Positions 40,670 to 51,702 of a DNA stretch of 64,000 nt are shown here, in pieces; positions within the stretch are counted from its first letter, which is position 1; each line of letters begins with the position of its first letter. Source of the stretch: Obrimoposthia wandeli (Eukaryota). A program made the position numbers and the translations under genes. The stretch spans positions 1-64,000 of the forward strand of contig CDROCS010001004.1 in assembly GCA_977020255.1 (NCBI GenBank), given 5' to 3'. A model generated the notes under the pieces. It had not been told where the DNA came from, did not search any database, and saw nothing but the letters and a program-made list of their open reading frames with translations.

Positions 40670-41644
40670 ATGACAGTTACCCCACCATTTCGTTTTAGAC
40701 GTTTACGCCGTACCCAAGTACTACGCGATTTAACTCGCCAAATTCATTTATCTGCAAATGATTTTATTTTGCCGTTATTTATTGAAGAAAATATCACGCA
40801 AGAAGTGGTGATTGAAAGCATGCCTGGTGTGAGTAGAATCCCTGAAAGCCAGCTTGCTGAACGCGTGCAACAAGTATGGAAAAACGGTATTAAAGCCATC
40901 ATCTTATTTGGTGTATCTCATCATAAAGATGATAGTGGATCAGATAGCTGGAATGACGAAGGCTTATTATCGCGCTGTATTAAAATAGCCAAACAAGCTG
41001 TGCCCGATATGCTGGTAATCAGCGATAACTGCTTTTGTGAATACACCGATCACGGACATTGCGGCGTAGTCGTTAACGATGATGTAGATAATGATTTAAC
41101 CTTAGCTAATTTGCAAAAACAAGTGATTAGCAGTGCTAAAGCCGGTGTCGATATGATCGCTCCCTCTGGCATGATGGATGGCATGATCGCGGCTATACGC
41201 CAAGCACTTGACAGCGAAGGTTTTCAACATATTCCTATCATGAGCTACTCAACCAAATTTGCCTCTGCCTTTTATGGCCCGTTTCGTGAAGCAGTTGATT
41301 CAAGCTTTAAAGGCACCCGTAATACTTATCAACAAGACCCTGCTAACCCAAGGGAAGCGCTTGCTGAATCAATGCAAGATGAAGCAGAAGGCGCTGACAT
41401 TTTAATGGTCAAACCCGGTTTAGCCTATTTAGATGTGATTGCCAATATCAAAGATCATAGCTCACTGCCCTTAGCTGTATATCAAGTAAGTGGTGAATAC
41501 GCGATGATTAAAGCCGCCTCTGCCGCCGGTGTCATCGATGAGAAAGCGATTGTACTTGAAACTATGACCGCATTTAAACGTGCAGGTTGTGATTTGATTA
41601 TTACCTATTTCGCCGAAGATTTAGTGAAGTGGATTAGCGAATAA
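40670..41644 (+). CDS. hemB: Porphobilinogen synthase (Zn-type)
   Basis: DNCFCEYTDHGHCG, APSGMMDG, FYGPFR, MVKPG and YQVSGEY motifs. Confidence 0.95.
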   Translation: MTVTPPFRFRRLRRTQVLRDLTRQIHLSANDFILPLFIEENITQEVVIESMPGVSRIPESQLAERVQQVWKNGIKAIILFGVSHHKDDSGSDSWNDEGLLSRCIKIAKQAVPDMLVISDNCFCEYTDHGHCGVVVNDDVDNDLTLANLQKQVISSAKAGVDMIAPSGMMDGMIAAIRQALDSEGFQHIPIMSYSTKFASAFYGPFREAVDSSFKGTRNTYQQDPANPREALAESMQDEAEGADILMVKPGLAYLDVIANIKDHSSLPLAVYQVSGEYAMIKAASAAGVIDEKAIVLETMTAFKRAGCDLIITYFAEDLVKWISE

Positions 41645-41661
41645 ATCTCTCAATGTAATAA

Positions 41662-41718
41662 TTGAATAACCGTATGATTGAATGACCGTATGCGCGGTTA
41701 TTCAACTCATTACGGTTA
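41662..41718. repeat. Mixed direct/inverted repeat after hemB (terminator-like)
   Basis: TTGAAT(A/G)ACCGTATG twice, then CGGTTATTCAA and CGGTTAT. Confidence 0.55.
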
Positions 41719-42067
41719 TCGCTTAATATCGATCTGTCATCGAGTAATCAAGTTACATACTCGATTGAGCGCCATCAGCTAAAATCACACTTGAAGCTAA
41801 CAATTCTGTAAGCGCTAGCGGATTTTTTCGATGCCAGTTAATGGCTAAAAACGAAAATTTCTGTTCTGCTTCTGTCTCGCACTGCCTTTCGTGATGCTGT
41901 ATTGCTCTTCATGAACCAGCCACGTTTGTTAATTTTGCAAAGCCTCGGCTTTACCTAAAACTAAGTATAGGTTGCTATTTAAAGCCATTAATATAGGTAT
42001 TGGGGTTTTTCTAGGATAGAATCTTGAAGTAAGGTTAAATAACTTATGATGTACCAAAGGGGGATCA

Positions 42068-42835
42068 ATGGTTAATTTAAATATGAAATACATTTTTATA
42101 CCGGTTGCGCTTATATTCTTGGTTATCGCTCAATCTAAAGTAGAGGCCAGAGAATTCAAAATAGTTGGAACGCCTGAAATCCCCTACAGGTTTATAGAAA
42201 AAGGAACATCCCATGTTCAAGGTATTGATATTGATATCATGAAGATGATAATGGATGAGCTAAATTTACCTTACAATATCAGCTTAATTAATTCTGGAAG
42301 CAGGATTATTAAAGAAGCTAAAGATGGGAAAGTTGACATGGTACTCAGCTTTTCTAGAAAATCAGATAGAAGCTATTTGATGTACCCAAAAGCATCGTAT
42401 AAAAACTTAGACTGGAATTTTTTTATTCGAAAAAAAAATACTGGAAAGATTATTTTCAATAACTTAAGTGATTTAAAAGGCCTAGTGGTTGGGGCCACAC
42501 AAGACTGGTCATATACTCCACAATTTTGGAAGGCGGGATTAAACTTAAGCGTACTGACAAATAATAATTTACACCTGCAGATGTTATATCTTGGAAGGAT
42601 TGATACAGTACCTCTCAATACAGTCTCTGCTCTTTATGAAATAAAGAAAAACGGCTACTCAGAAGAAATAACTTTCCTTCCTAAATCATTAAAATCAAAG
42701 CCTTATTATAATGCCTTCGCCGCTGCTTCTAGCTACCCAAACAAAGAAGAGCTGCGCCGACGGTATGACGAAATACTTTATCGCATGATGCATGAGGGTA
42801 CAGTGCGAAAAGTGTTCGAAAAATATTTGAATTGA
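42068..42835 (+). CDS. Extracellular solute-binding protein (family 3-like)
   Basis: Signal peptide; GIDIDI and LSDLKGL.VG motifs. Confidence 0.75.
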   Translation: MVNLNMKYIFIPVALIFLVIAQSKVEAREFKIVGTPEIPYRFIEKGTSHVQGIDIDIMKMIMDELNLPYNISLINSGSRIIKEAKDGKVDMVLSFSRKSDRSYLMYPKASYKNLDWNFFIRKKNTGKIIFNNLSDLKGLVVGATQDWSYTPQFWKAGLNLSVLTNNNLHLQMLYLGRIDTVPLNTVSALYEIKKNGYSEEITFLPKSLKSKPYYNAFAAASSYPNKEELRRRYDEILYRMMHEGTVRKVFEKYLN

Positions 42836-42930
42836 AATTTGCTGTCTAACACTTCTCTGTAAACTGTTAATTTTTTGTTTATCTGTGTACGAAAAATTGT
42901 TTAGACAACTCGAGTTTCTAAGTAGAGCCT

Positions 42931-43734
42931 TTATTGCAGGTTGTACTTGATGAGTAGAGTTTCAAGATAATTTTCTGCATTTAAAGCCCTCAACGCTTTG
43001 TCTAACTTTGTTACCATTTCGGTCACTTTATCTTTGCTCTTTCTATCTGGCGTAAAGGCTAAATACACCTTTTGCTCTGGTAAACACCCTACGGCATGGA
43101 TGGAATCAGCTAGGTCATTAGTATTGATGTAATCTCTCATAGAATAGTAGGTCATTAGTATCGCTTCAGTGCGACCTGCTACTAACATACTGGTAGTTTG
43201 ATCTAAGAAGTCACTTGTGAATGGTCTTGCATCAAATTCGGCTTTGCCTTTATATTCTACTAACGCTTCAGGGAGTGCATCTTGCAGGTAAATAACCCTT
43301 TTTCCTATTACAGATGCAGGTTTATCATATGTCCAGGTACTTTCTTTTAGTGCAAAAAAACAAAAGCGCTGTGCTCCAATTTCAACATTTGGATACACAA
43401 GACCGGGAGCTTCGTTTTTAGCGGGCGCTAAAAGAGCATCTGAAAATCCCGAAGTTACATTCCAGATACTTCTGGACCATGGGTAGGGCTTGAAATTTGC
43501 TTCGTATCCTGCTTTTTTAAGTGCGGCATCGGCAAATTCTACCAAAAGACCGGGGCGCTTAGCATCATCTACGCAAATGAATGGGCACCAATCCGTTGTT
43601 GCTACATTGACCGTTTCTGCTGATGCTATTACCGATGTTCCTAGTGTAAGGCAAGCTAAAAGGAGCTTGTACTTTAATAGTATTTTCATAGTACCCCTAA
43701 AAAAATATTTATTGTTAAGTAGCCAAGGCATCAA
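42931..43734 (-). CDS. Extracellular solute-binding protein (family 3-like)
   Basis: Signal peptide; DWCPFIC, PG..VE and PWSR motifs. Confidence 0.75.
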   Translation of the reverse strand: MMPWLLNNKYFFRGTMKILLKYKLLLACLTLGTSVIASAETVNVATTDWCPFICVDDAKRPGLLVEFADAALKKAGYEANFKPYPWSRSIWNVTSGFSDALLAPAKNEAPGLVYPNVEIGAQRFCFFALKESTWTYDKPASVIGKRVIYLQDALPEALVEYKGKAEFDARPFTSDFLDQTTSMLVAGRTEAILMTYYSMRDYINTNDLADSIHAVGCLPEQKVYLAFTPDRKSKDKVTEMVTKLDKALRALNAENYLETLLIKYNLQ

Positions 43735-43919
43735 ATTTCAATATATCTAATCAATAATATCATAATAAAACATGCCCACTTAGTCCCAACTCTTGCCTTT
43801 ACTGTACAAATGATTAGATATCAGCCGACGATCCATGAGCAGTCATATTATAAAACCGTGCTCAGTATCCAATTTTATCATTCAATACGTAATCAGCTCC
43901 TGAACTTTTCTTTACATAC

Positions 43920-45164
43920 TTAATCAGCAGTTCTATAGCCCAAGCTTGATAAATTTCTTTGCAAGTAACCTTTTTCCACTTCATTGTTGGAAAGCTTGAT
44001 TGCTTTTATATAGCTGTTTCTGGCGATGTTATCCCATTTTAACTGTTTTGCTATATGTGCTTTTGCAGCATGAAAGGGTTGATAGTTGCTTAGCTTCTCT
44101 TCAATTAAAGGCAACAAATTATAAGCTGTTTCACAACAACCACTGTTTGATATAGCCACAATTCTATTTAAAAAAATAATGGGTGATGGATCTAGCTTAT
44201 AAAGCACATCATACAAAAAGATAATTTTTTTCCAATCCGTTTTTTTCCACGATGATGCAGTGCAGTGTATCGAACTTATCGCAGCCTGTACCGTATACTG
44301 ATCAGATGCCCCTTGTTTAATGGCTGTATTAAGCACTAACAAGCCTTCTTTAATGACTTTGTCATCCCATAATGTTCGATCTTGATCTTCAAGTGGAATA
44401 AAACCTAACGCTCGAGAATACCGCGCTGGTCGACGCGCATCATGAAATAGCAGTAATGCTAATAAGCCAGCCACTTTACTATGTGGTAATAATTCATAAA
44501 CTAAGCGAGCTAATCGGATGGCTTCTTTTGCAAAATCATTTTTAGTTAAGGTTTTCCCTTCAAACGCACTATAAGATTCGTTGTAAATCAGATAAATAAC
44601 TAATAAAACAGAGTCTAAACGTTCTGATATGGCATGAATATCAGGAATTACGTATGTTATTCCTGCATCTCGTATTTTCTTCTTAGCGCGGGTTAAGCGC
44701 TGCTCAATAGCGGCTTCTGAAGTTACAAAAGCTCGTGCAATTTCACGGTTATTCAAACCACACAGGCTTTTCAAAGTAAGACTGATGCGTGCCTCCTGTG
44801 ATAAAGCAGGATGACAACACGTAAAAATTAGGCGTAATCTTTCTTCAGGTATTGCAAACGAGCCTTCCGAAAACTCATCGCTTTGATAAAGAGCTTCATA
44901 AATGACAGATTGAATATTCTTTCTCTCTCGTAGCGATGTTTTGCGGTAATGATCAAATAGACGCCGTTTAGAAACGGTATATAACCACGCCCCACCATTT
45001 TTGGGTATTCCCGTTTTAGGCCATTGCTTCATGGCTTGTAATAATGCTTCTTGTAAGGCGTCTTCCGCCAAATCCATGTCATTAGATAACATCATCAAAG
45101 CCGCTAGAATTCGACCGGATTTAGCACGAAAAAATCGTGCTAAATCTTCTTCCATTGAATTCAA
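43920..45164 (-). CDS. ECF sigma factor with long C-terminal extension (ECF42-like)
   Basis: AEDALQEA, LRLIFTCCHPAL, QRL.RAK and DQDR.LWD motifs; adjacent DGPF gene. Confidence 0.85.
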   Translation of the reverse strand: MNSMEEDLARFFRAKSGRILAALMMLSNDMDLAEDALQEALLQAMKQWPKTGIPKNGGAWLYTVSKRRLFDHYRKTSLRERKNIQSVIYEALYQSDEFSEGSFAIPEERLRLIFTCCHPALSQEARISLTLKSLCGLNNREIARAFVTSEAAIEQRLTRAKKKIRDAGITYVIPDIHAISERLDSVLLVIYLIYNESYSAFEGKTLTKNDFAKEAIRLARLVYELLPHSKVAGLLALLLFHDARRPARYSRALGFIPLEDQDRTLWDDKVIKEGLLVLNTAIKQGASDQYTVQAAISSIHCTASSWKKTDWKKIIFLYDVLYKLDPSPIIFLNRIVAISNSGCCETAYNLLPLIEEKLSNYQPFHAAKAHIAKQLKWDNIARNSYIKAIKLSNNEVEKGYLQRNLSSLGYRTAD

Positions 45165-45502
45165 TCGCCAAAAACCATGATAGGCCTTACTTCAATGGTT
45201 CCATACCTAGCGCTGGGGATTTGACCTGCCCAATGTAGAGCTTCATCTAGATCTTTACAGTTAAGCACGTAATACCCTCCTAACTGTTCTTTAGTCTCTG
45301 CAAAAGGCCCATCGGTAAAACTGTGTTTGCCATTTCTTACTTTCACAGATGTTGCAGTCGCTACCACTTCTAATGCATTGCCCCCTTCAAGTACTCCAGC
45401 GGCTCCTGCTGCCGATCCAAACACTTTGTACTGATCCATTAAGGTTGGCATATCGACGTCGTGTGAATTTTCTAAATTATAGATTAAGGCTAAAAATTTC
45501 AT
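45161..45502 (-). CDS. YciI/DGPF-family protein
   Basis: TDGPFAETKEQLGGYY motif. Confidence 0.92.
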   Translation of the reverse strand: MKFLALIYNLENSHDVDMPTLMDQYKVFGSAAGAAGVLEGGNALEVVATATSVKVRNGKHSFTDGPFAETKEQLGGYYVLNCKDLDEALHWAGQIPSARYGTIEVRPIMVFGD

Positions 45503-46211
45503 TATCTTTTCCTAAGTTAAATTAATATATTCAAGTTGTTTAAAAGGTCTATGTTAATGCCTTACCCGTTAATATCGTTTCAGGTACATTAAAACAGACA
45601 GGTTAAAGCATTATTTCCTACTCAAAATTTTTTAGCGGCTGATTGGTTTCATGTTTTGCATACACAAGATAGCTCAACCACGGACACTTTCTCGGATGAC
45701 ATACTCCAATGATTAAAGATATCGCTGAGACTATTTACTTGGATTTCGCATACAAAAAAAATTTTCTTGATTTAACCATACTACCTAAAAATTGAAGTGG
45801 CTAATAAAATTGACAAGCATACACAGTAGATAACTCGCTGCTTAATCGATGACCGAAAAAGCCATCTGATATGGTTAAATAAAATTTACAAGGAATGACG
45901 AAGCAAGATATAACGAAAATTGTCATACAAACAGCACCATTGTTTAGTCGCACTATTAGCAGTTGCATTTACTTGATAATATGACAAAAATTGACTATAT
46001 AATGGAAACCAAGATTCAAATCACAACAAATTATGTAGGTAAACGCAGTGCACAAAAGCCCATACCCATTTGTGTTGATACCTCAACAAGGACATAATAT
46101 GTTGTTTTTGAGGCCAAGGTATTTAGCTCTGTTGTAAGGTTAAAAAACATATTGACTTAAACCTAACTTTAACCTTTAGAATGTGTTTTTATTCAATTAT
46201 TAAGGCGCATT

Positions 46212-47624
46212 ATGCAAGACACAATCAAGAAAAAGACAGGTGGAGTAGGATTACTTTTCAGCGGTGGTGCCTCACGTATTGCAGTGCTGTGTCTCGGTAT
46301 TTGGCTACATGCAGCAAGTAGCATGCTTGCCGCAACCACACTACCGAGTGCCGTACGGGAGTTCGGCGGTGGCCACCTTATTGGTTGGGCTTTCACGTTA
46401 TACCTGCTGGGATCGATCCTAGCGGGAGCAGGAACCGGGGTTATTGCCCGCAGATATTCATTAAAGTATGGATTAATCGGTGCGGCAATCCTCTATTTAA
46501 CCGGGTGTGTCGTTTGCGCCTTGGCTCCTGATATGACTACCGTTCTGATCGGACGGCTGTTGCAAGGGATCGGTGGTGGATTCATGGTCGCGCTTACTTA
46601 TGTGAGTATCAATCAGTGGTACAGCGCAAAGCAGCTCCCGCGGCTCTTTGCAATAATTTCAGCAGTCTGGAGTATATCTGCGTTTTGCGGGCCACTGGTG
46701 GGTGGAACATTCTCGACTTTCGGTAATTGGAGATGGGCGTTTTGGGCTTTCGTGCTTCAGGCAATCCTCTTTGTTATTGCATGTATATGTTTGATGCCGA
46801 AAAAAAAGCCCGAAGGGATCAAGAAAAAAATGGAAGTTCCCTTCGCTCGATTGGCAGTGCTTTGCCTTGCTATTTTATCTGTGGCTATTGCCGGCACTAA
46901 GGTCCATATAATTATTTCACCTTTACTGTGTGTGTTGGGCATATTATTACTTGGATTGGTTTTTAGACTTGATACATTACAACGTAATGGAGCGATGTTC
47001 CCTAGTAAGCCTATAAGCCCTACTTCTCCAAGAGGCGCAGGATTATTGTTCGTTTTAACAGCTTCAATCGCAACGATGTCCTTTTTGGTTTACGGACCCA
47101 TACTTTTGGAAACTCTTCATGGTGTAACACCACTTGTAGCGGGCTACATCGTTGCTTTCGAGTCTATTGCCTGGGGAATTGCAGCCCTCGCTGTATCAGG
47201 AAGTTCTGAAAGATATGAAGTGAAATTCATTCGACTCGGCTCTGTGCTTATCAGTGCAGGTATCTTAGGCTTTGCTTTGATGATGTCCCACGGACCAATG
47301 TGGGGTTTGTTACTCTGCGCTGCTTGTCAAGGAGTTGGGTTTGGTATTAGTTGGGCGTTTGTAGTGAAACGGATCACCGCCAATGCTGAAACCAATGAAA
47401 AAGAAGTCGCGTCAGCAGCTATTCCAACAATGCAGCAGATTGGCTTTGCCTGTGGGGCTGCTACCGTTGGTCTTGTGGCTAATGCAGTTGGGTTTGGAGG
47501 TGACGTAACGATTGCGACAGCTGAACTGGCCGCTCCATGGATATTTCTGGTATTCCTACCCTTGTCATTCATATCTATTTTCGCAGCTTGGCGGATGACA
47601 TCTCTACAATTTAGAACCTTGTAG
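46212..47624 (+). CDS. MFS transporter (about 14 TM, drug:H+ antiporter-like)
   Basis: GRLLQGIGGG, GPLVGG and WRWAF motifs. Confidence 0.85.
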   Translation: MQDTIKKKTGGVGLLFSGGASRIAVLCLGIWLHAASSMLAATTLPSAVREFGGGHLIGWAFTLYLLGSILAGAGTGVIARRYSLKYGLIGAAILYLTGCVVCALAPDMTTVLIGRLLQGIGGGFMVALTYVSINQWYSAKQLPRLFAIISAVWSISAFCGPLVGGTFSTFGNWRWAFWAFVLQAILFVIACICLMPKKKPEGIKKKMEVPFARLAVLCLAILSVAIAGTKVHIIISPLLCVLGILLLGLVFRLDTLQRNGAMFPSKPISPTSPRGAGLLFVLTASIATMSFLVYGPILLETLHGVTPLVAGYIVAFESIAWGIAALAVSGSSERYEVKFIRLGSVLISAGILGFALMMSHGPMWGLLLCAACQGVGFGISWAFVVKRITANAETNEKEVASAAIPTMQQIGFACGAATVGLVANAVGFGGDVTIATAELAAPWIFLVFLPLSFISIFAAWRMTSLQFRTL

Positions 47625-47705
47625 AACTTTCAATAAAAGGGCCCATTGAGAATGAATTTTTCTAGCCTCTTATTTGCTATTGAATACAGCTTTTTTTACC
47701 CTTTG

Positions 47706-47735
47706 ATGGCCTACTTTGTGTCAGCAACGGTTAAT
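47706..47735 (-). repeat. 30-bp palindromic site (reverse spacer)
   Basis: ATGGCCTACTT-TGTGTCAG-CAACGGTTAAT. Confidence 0.55.
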
Positions 47736-48106
47736 TAAGCTGTTAAACTTCTTGGCTACATTACTAATCAGCACTTTTCAGTCATTCAAAATTTTTGATT
47801 ATATTCGCTTTAATTGATGTCGCCCATTTTTTGGCAATATATGAAGATTGATAGGCTAAATAGTATGTAGTTTCATTCACACTCTCCTTAAATATGTAAA
47901 GCCCTTTACTATTGGCATGATCTACAAAGTATTCTGGTAAAACACCATTTCACCTTTGGCTAGCAGTGAATTTGTCTCATAACAATTGCTATCCGGTCAC
48001 CAGAACATAATAAATGTTGACAATAAAAACAAAAAACAAACAATAAATTGACTTTTAAGAACTTTAAATACTATATTGTCGACAATGTTAATTAGAGGCT
48101 GTAGAC

Positions 48107-48796
48107 ATGTGGTATAATTTATTTGGTTCAATCAATACAATTTTAATCTTTGTCAGCTTGTACGGCATTTTTTTACAACTAAATAATATATGGTTGCGAA
48201 AAAAAAATAATAAAACAAAAGTAACCGATATACTGTCTCAAAATCAGTTCACCATGAGCTTCTTAGCTTATTTTTCCTTTTTTATATACGGTTACAGTGT
48301 CGATGACTTCAATCATTATATCGTCTGGCCAAGACTTATCGCTTCACTAATTGTTGCATTAATATTATTTGAAATTTGGATGGATAGAAAATCGAACAGT
48401 TCCCTTGCTTGTATGCTGCTTAGTGTCCTTTGCTTCGTTCTTGGAGTCTTAGGGCTTCTTTTTTACAGTGAGTACTCAAGCCAGAGTAAAAATATTTCTA
48501 CTGCATTAATCGTTATCATTACGGCACTATTAGCTCAAGGGTATATACATCAAATAAAATTAATACTGAACTCAGGAAAAACTGGCGCTATAGACATTAG
48601 AATGAGTCAATTCATTCTCATGATGGACGTCTCCACGATAGCTTTTGCTATGGCCATGGGAATGAACGAAGGGTGGCCGTTAATGCTGCTTGCTGTAGTG
48701 AGTGGAATAACGAAAATAATTATTATGTATCTATTTAGATGGGTCCGCTTAAGCTCTGCCGCAGAAAACCGACGCTTAAACGGTAACATTAATTGA
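48107..48796 (+). CDS. About 7-TM membrane protein with two PQ-loop/MtN3-like halves
   Basis: By-eye similarity of both halves to the SemiSWEET at 6538. Confidence 0.45.
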   Translation: MWYNLFGSINTILIFVSLYGIFLQLNNIWLRKKNNKTKVTDILSQNQFTMSFLAYFSFFIYGYSVDDFNHYIVWPRLIASLIVALILFEIWMDRKSNSSLACMLLSVLCFVLGVLGLLFYSEYSSQSKNISTALIVIITALLAQGYIHQIKLILNSGKTGAIDIRMSQFILMMDVSTIAFAMAMGMNEGWPLMLLAVVSGITKIIIMYLFRWVRLSSAAENRRLNGNIN

Positions 48797-48998
48797 GTTT
48801 AAATGTGATTGTGCCGAATAATTAATACTTTATTGGCTTCTAGACGTTTATATAATGAAGGTGTTATTTGCTTTAACTACTTATTTTAATTACCTACTTT
48901 TATACATAAAGCGCACTCTACTATAATAAAGCCTATATTTTTTAGAAACGTCAATTATGCGCTATTTCGGGTATTTTACTAATTACAGACTCAAGCGA

Positions 48999-49028
48999 AA
49001 TGTCCGCTTTGCGTTATAACCAATAATT
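48999..49028 (-). repeat. 30-bp palindromic site (reverse spacer)
   Basis: AATGTCCGCTT-TGCGTTAT-AACCAATAATT; left arm is the exact reverse complement of 2211-2221. Confidence 0.6.
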
Positions 49029-49150
49029 TTAATAGATATAAATACCACGTATCCAGTATGAAACTCTATTACTTTGTATAATACTTTAATGTTTGGTAGA
49101 AGGCTTTCTACTCAACGACATTATCATTCACCAAACCTTAAGGAATAACT

Positions 49151-50368
49151 GTGCCAAAGTCCCACAAAATACTCCAATCATTAATCGTTTTTGCCTGCTT
49201 ATTGTTGGTATTGAACTTTGGCTTGCGCTCCTCTATGGGCTTCTTTTTAACCCCCATATCTGAAACCTTTGGTTATGGCCGCGAGGTATTTGCATTTTCA
49301 CTCGCATTACAAAATTTATGCTGGGGTATTTTCCAACCGATAGCCGGTGCGTTTGCGGATAAATTTGGCACCTTTAAAACGTTAGTTGTTGGTTCGATAG
49401 TCTATGCAGCGGGTTTATATTTCACCTCTATTGCCGATTCTGTATTAGGATTACATACCGCGGCGGGGCTTTTAATTGGTATGGGTGTTGCTGGCACTGG
49501 CTTTGGTGTGGTGCTACCCGCTATGGCGCGGATGGTAAGCGCTGAAAACAGAGCAATGGCACTCGGTTTGGGCACCGCTGCGGGCTCTGCTGGTCAGTTT
49601 TTAGTGATCCCTGCAGCACAAGAGCTAATTGCGAGTTTTGGCTGGCAGTTCACGCTGCTTATTTTGTCATTTGGTGCACTAGCGATGGTCGCTTTAGCAC
49701 TGCCTTTTGCTAAAGATAAAGGAGCTCAACAAGTCGTTGAAAACGACGATAATCAAACCATGAGTGAGGCATTATCTGAGGCCACCAGCAATGTGCATTA
49801 TTGGCTGTTAATCGCCGGTTTTTTTGTCTGTGGCTTCCAGTTGGCTTTTATCACTGTACATATGCCCTCTTACTTACACGATAAAGGCTTTGATAGCCAA
49901 GTTGCAGTTATCTGCCTATCGTTAATTGGTTTCTTTAATATTATTGGCTGTTTGTTATTTGGTAGGTGGTCAGGCAAGTATTCAAAAAAGAACTTATTGG
50001 GCATTATATATTTCTTCAGAGCAATCGCAATTGCCGCTTTTATGATTTACCCCATCAGCATAACCTCTGTTTATATGTTCTCCATTGTCACCGGCTTTCT
50101 ATGGCTGGCAACGGTGCCTGCCACATCCGGTATTGTGGCGCAAATGTTTGGCCTTAAATACATGGGGACGCTTTATGGCGTGGTATTTTTGAACCACCAA
50201 CTTGGCTCTTTTTTAGGTGTGTGGCTTGGCGGTTATTTATATGACGAAACGGGCTCTTACGATATCGTCTGGTGGAGCGCCGCAACTATTGCGCTGATAA
50301 CAGCTATCATTCATATCTTTATCGATGAGCGGCCGGTTGCTAGATTACGACTTAAAGTAGGTTTTTAG
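49151..50368 (+). CDS. MFS transporter
   Basis: 12 TM; QPIAGAFADKFG, FFVCGFQ and HQLGSFLG motifs. Confidence 0.88.
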   Translation: MPKSHKILQSLIVFACLLLVLNFGLRSSMGFFLTPISETFGYGREVFAFSLALQNLCWGIFQPIAGAFADKFGTFKTLVVGSIVYAAGLYFTSIADSVLGLHTAAGLLIGMGVAGTGFGVVLPAMARMVSAENRAMALGLGTAAGSAGQFLVIPAAQELIASFGWQFTLLILSFGALAMVALALPFAKDKGAQQVVENDDNQTMSEALSEATSNVHYWLLIAGFFVCGFQLAFITVHMPSYLHDKGFDSQVAVICLSLIGFFNIIGCLLFGRWSGKYSKKNLLGIIYFFRAIAIAAFMIYPISITSVYMFSIVTGFLWLATVPATSGIVAQMFGLKYMGTLYGVVFLNHQLGSFLGVWLGGYLYDETGSYDIVWWSAATIALITAIIHIFIDERPVARLRLKVGF

Positions 50369-50651
50369 ATGGCTATGATCTAAATCACCTTTTTATGAAC
50401 CTGTGATTTTATCATTTTTTACTACTCTAGACAGCGCTGAAGCTGATAATTACACGGTTGCTTTTCAGTAACGTTAACGGCTTATGGCTTATGGCTTTCT
50501 TTGTTTGCGCGTTTTATTATTTTACGTTTTAGTTATAGTGCGCAAGATTTGTTAAAAACAGCAGTGCTAAAGTGCTGTTGCTGAGTGAGGTACTACGCAA
50601 GCTGCGAACAAGTACCGGACATAGTAATTAACAACGTTCAAGGAGTTAGTA

Positions 50652-51524
50652 ATGGCAGAACATACCACGCTTTATCATAGACGGTTACAAAAGGTTATTG
50701 ATTTTATTTACCAAAACTTAGATCAACCGCTGGATCTCAATCGTTTAGCTGAAGTCGCTTGTATGTCGCCTTACCATTGGCATCGCGTTTATCAAGGTAT
50801 TTACGGTGAATCAATTGTAAGTACTGTGCGCCGCCTGCGTTTACAACGTGCCGCCGGCGAGTTAGTCAATTCAGATGACGAGATAAAGCAGATAGCCAAG
50901 CGCTCAGGTTACAGCGGGGTGCACGCTTTTAATCGCGTTTTTAATGAACACTATGGTCTTCCACCAGCAAAATATAGACAGCAAGGCAGTCATAAAGACT
51001 TGCAGCTGTTAATTAACAATTCACTTCAAGGAAGCCACAACATGTCTAAACAACCACAAGTAAAAATCGTCAATATCGATGCACTCTCTTTCATCTGCCA
51101 AGCCCATCAAGGGAGCTATATGAATATAGGTAACGCCTTTGAAAAGTTATTTGGCTGGGTAGGAATGCAAGGGCTATTTCCACAGTTACGTAAAACTGTT
51201 GGCATCTACTACGATGACCCGGGCAGTATTGCTGAAACTGAACTGCGCTCTCTTGCCTGTATTCAATTACAAGATAACCATCTACCCACGCTCCCTTCTC
51301 CTATACAGGTAGTGAGCGTCGCAGCGGGAAAATATGCCGTGCTGCAACACAAAGGCCCTTACTCAGATATGCAATCAGCTTACCAGTGGCTATATAGTGT
51401 GTGGCTGCCTGAATCAGGCTTAGAGCTAGCCGATCAGCCCTGTTTTGAAGAATATCTAAACAATCCACGAGAAGTAGCTGCAACTGAGCTGTTAACTGAC
51501 ATTTACCTACCTCTAAAAGCTTAA
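50652..51524 (+). CDS. AraC-family regulator with GyrI-like effector domain
   Basis: SPYHWHR, AFNR.F...G.PP, HKGPY and WLP.SG...FEEY motifs. Confidence 0.9.
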   Translation: MAEHTTLYHRRLQKVIDFIYQNLDQPLDLNRLAEVACMSPYHWHRVYQGIYGESIVSTVRRLRLQRAAGELVNSDDEIKQIAKRSGYSGVHAFNRVFNEHYGLPPAKYRQQGSHKDLQLLINNSLQGSHNMSKQPQVKIVNIDALSFICQAHQGSYMNIGNAFEKLFGWVGMQGLFPQLRKTVGIYYDDPGSIAETELRSLACIQLQDNHLPTLPSPIQVVSVAAGKYAVLQHKGPYSDMQSAYQWLYSVWLPESGLELADQPCFEEYLNNPREVAATELLTDIYLPLKA

Positions 51525-51702
51525 ATACCCTGTTTTATATTATGCAATACTGGCATTAATAATCGCGCTTTCAGTTCAACTTCAATTCGGTCATTAAATT
51601 AAGCCACTGAATTCAAGTTGAACTATATCTCACATTTCAATTCACCTAGAATAACCACTATCACTTTCACCATTCTTTCATTTGAAAAAACTTGGAGCTT
51701 CA

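Noticed and set aside
21792-45867. Weaker matches to the 30-bp site at about 21792, 26983, 29560 and 45838
   Set aside because: Half sites only or off-register by one base; left out of the count pending a PWM scan
15819-50500. 7-bp doublets such as TTTCGAG x2 (about 15820) and CTTATGG x2 (about 50480)
   Set aside because: Too short to distinguish from background intergenic microrepeats
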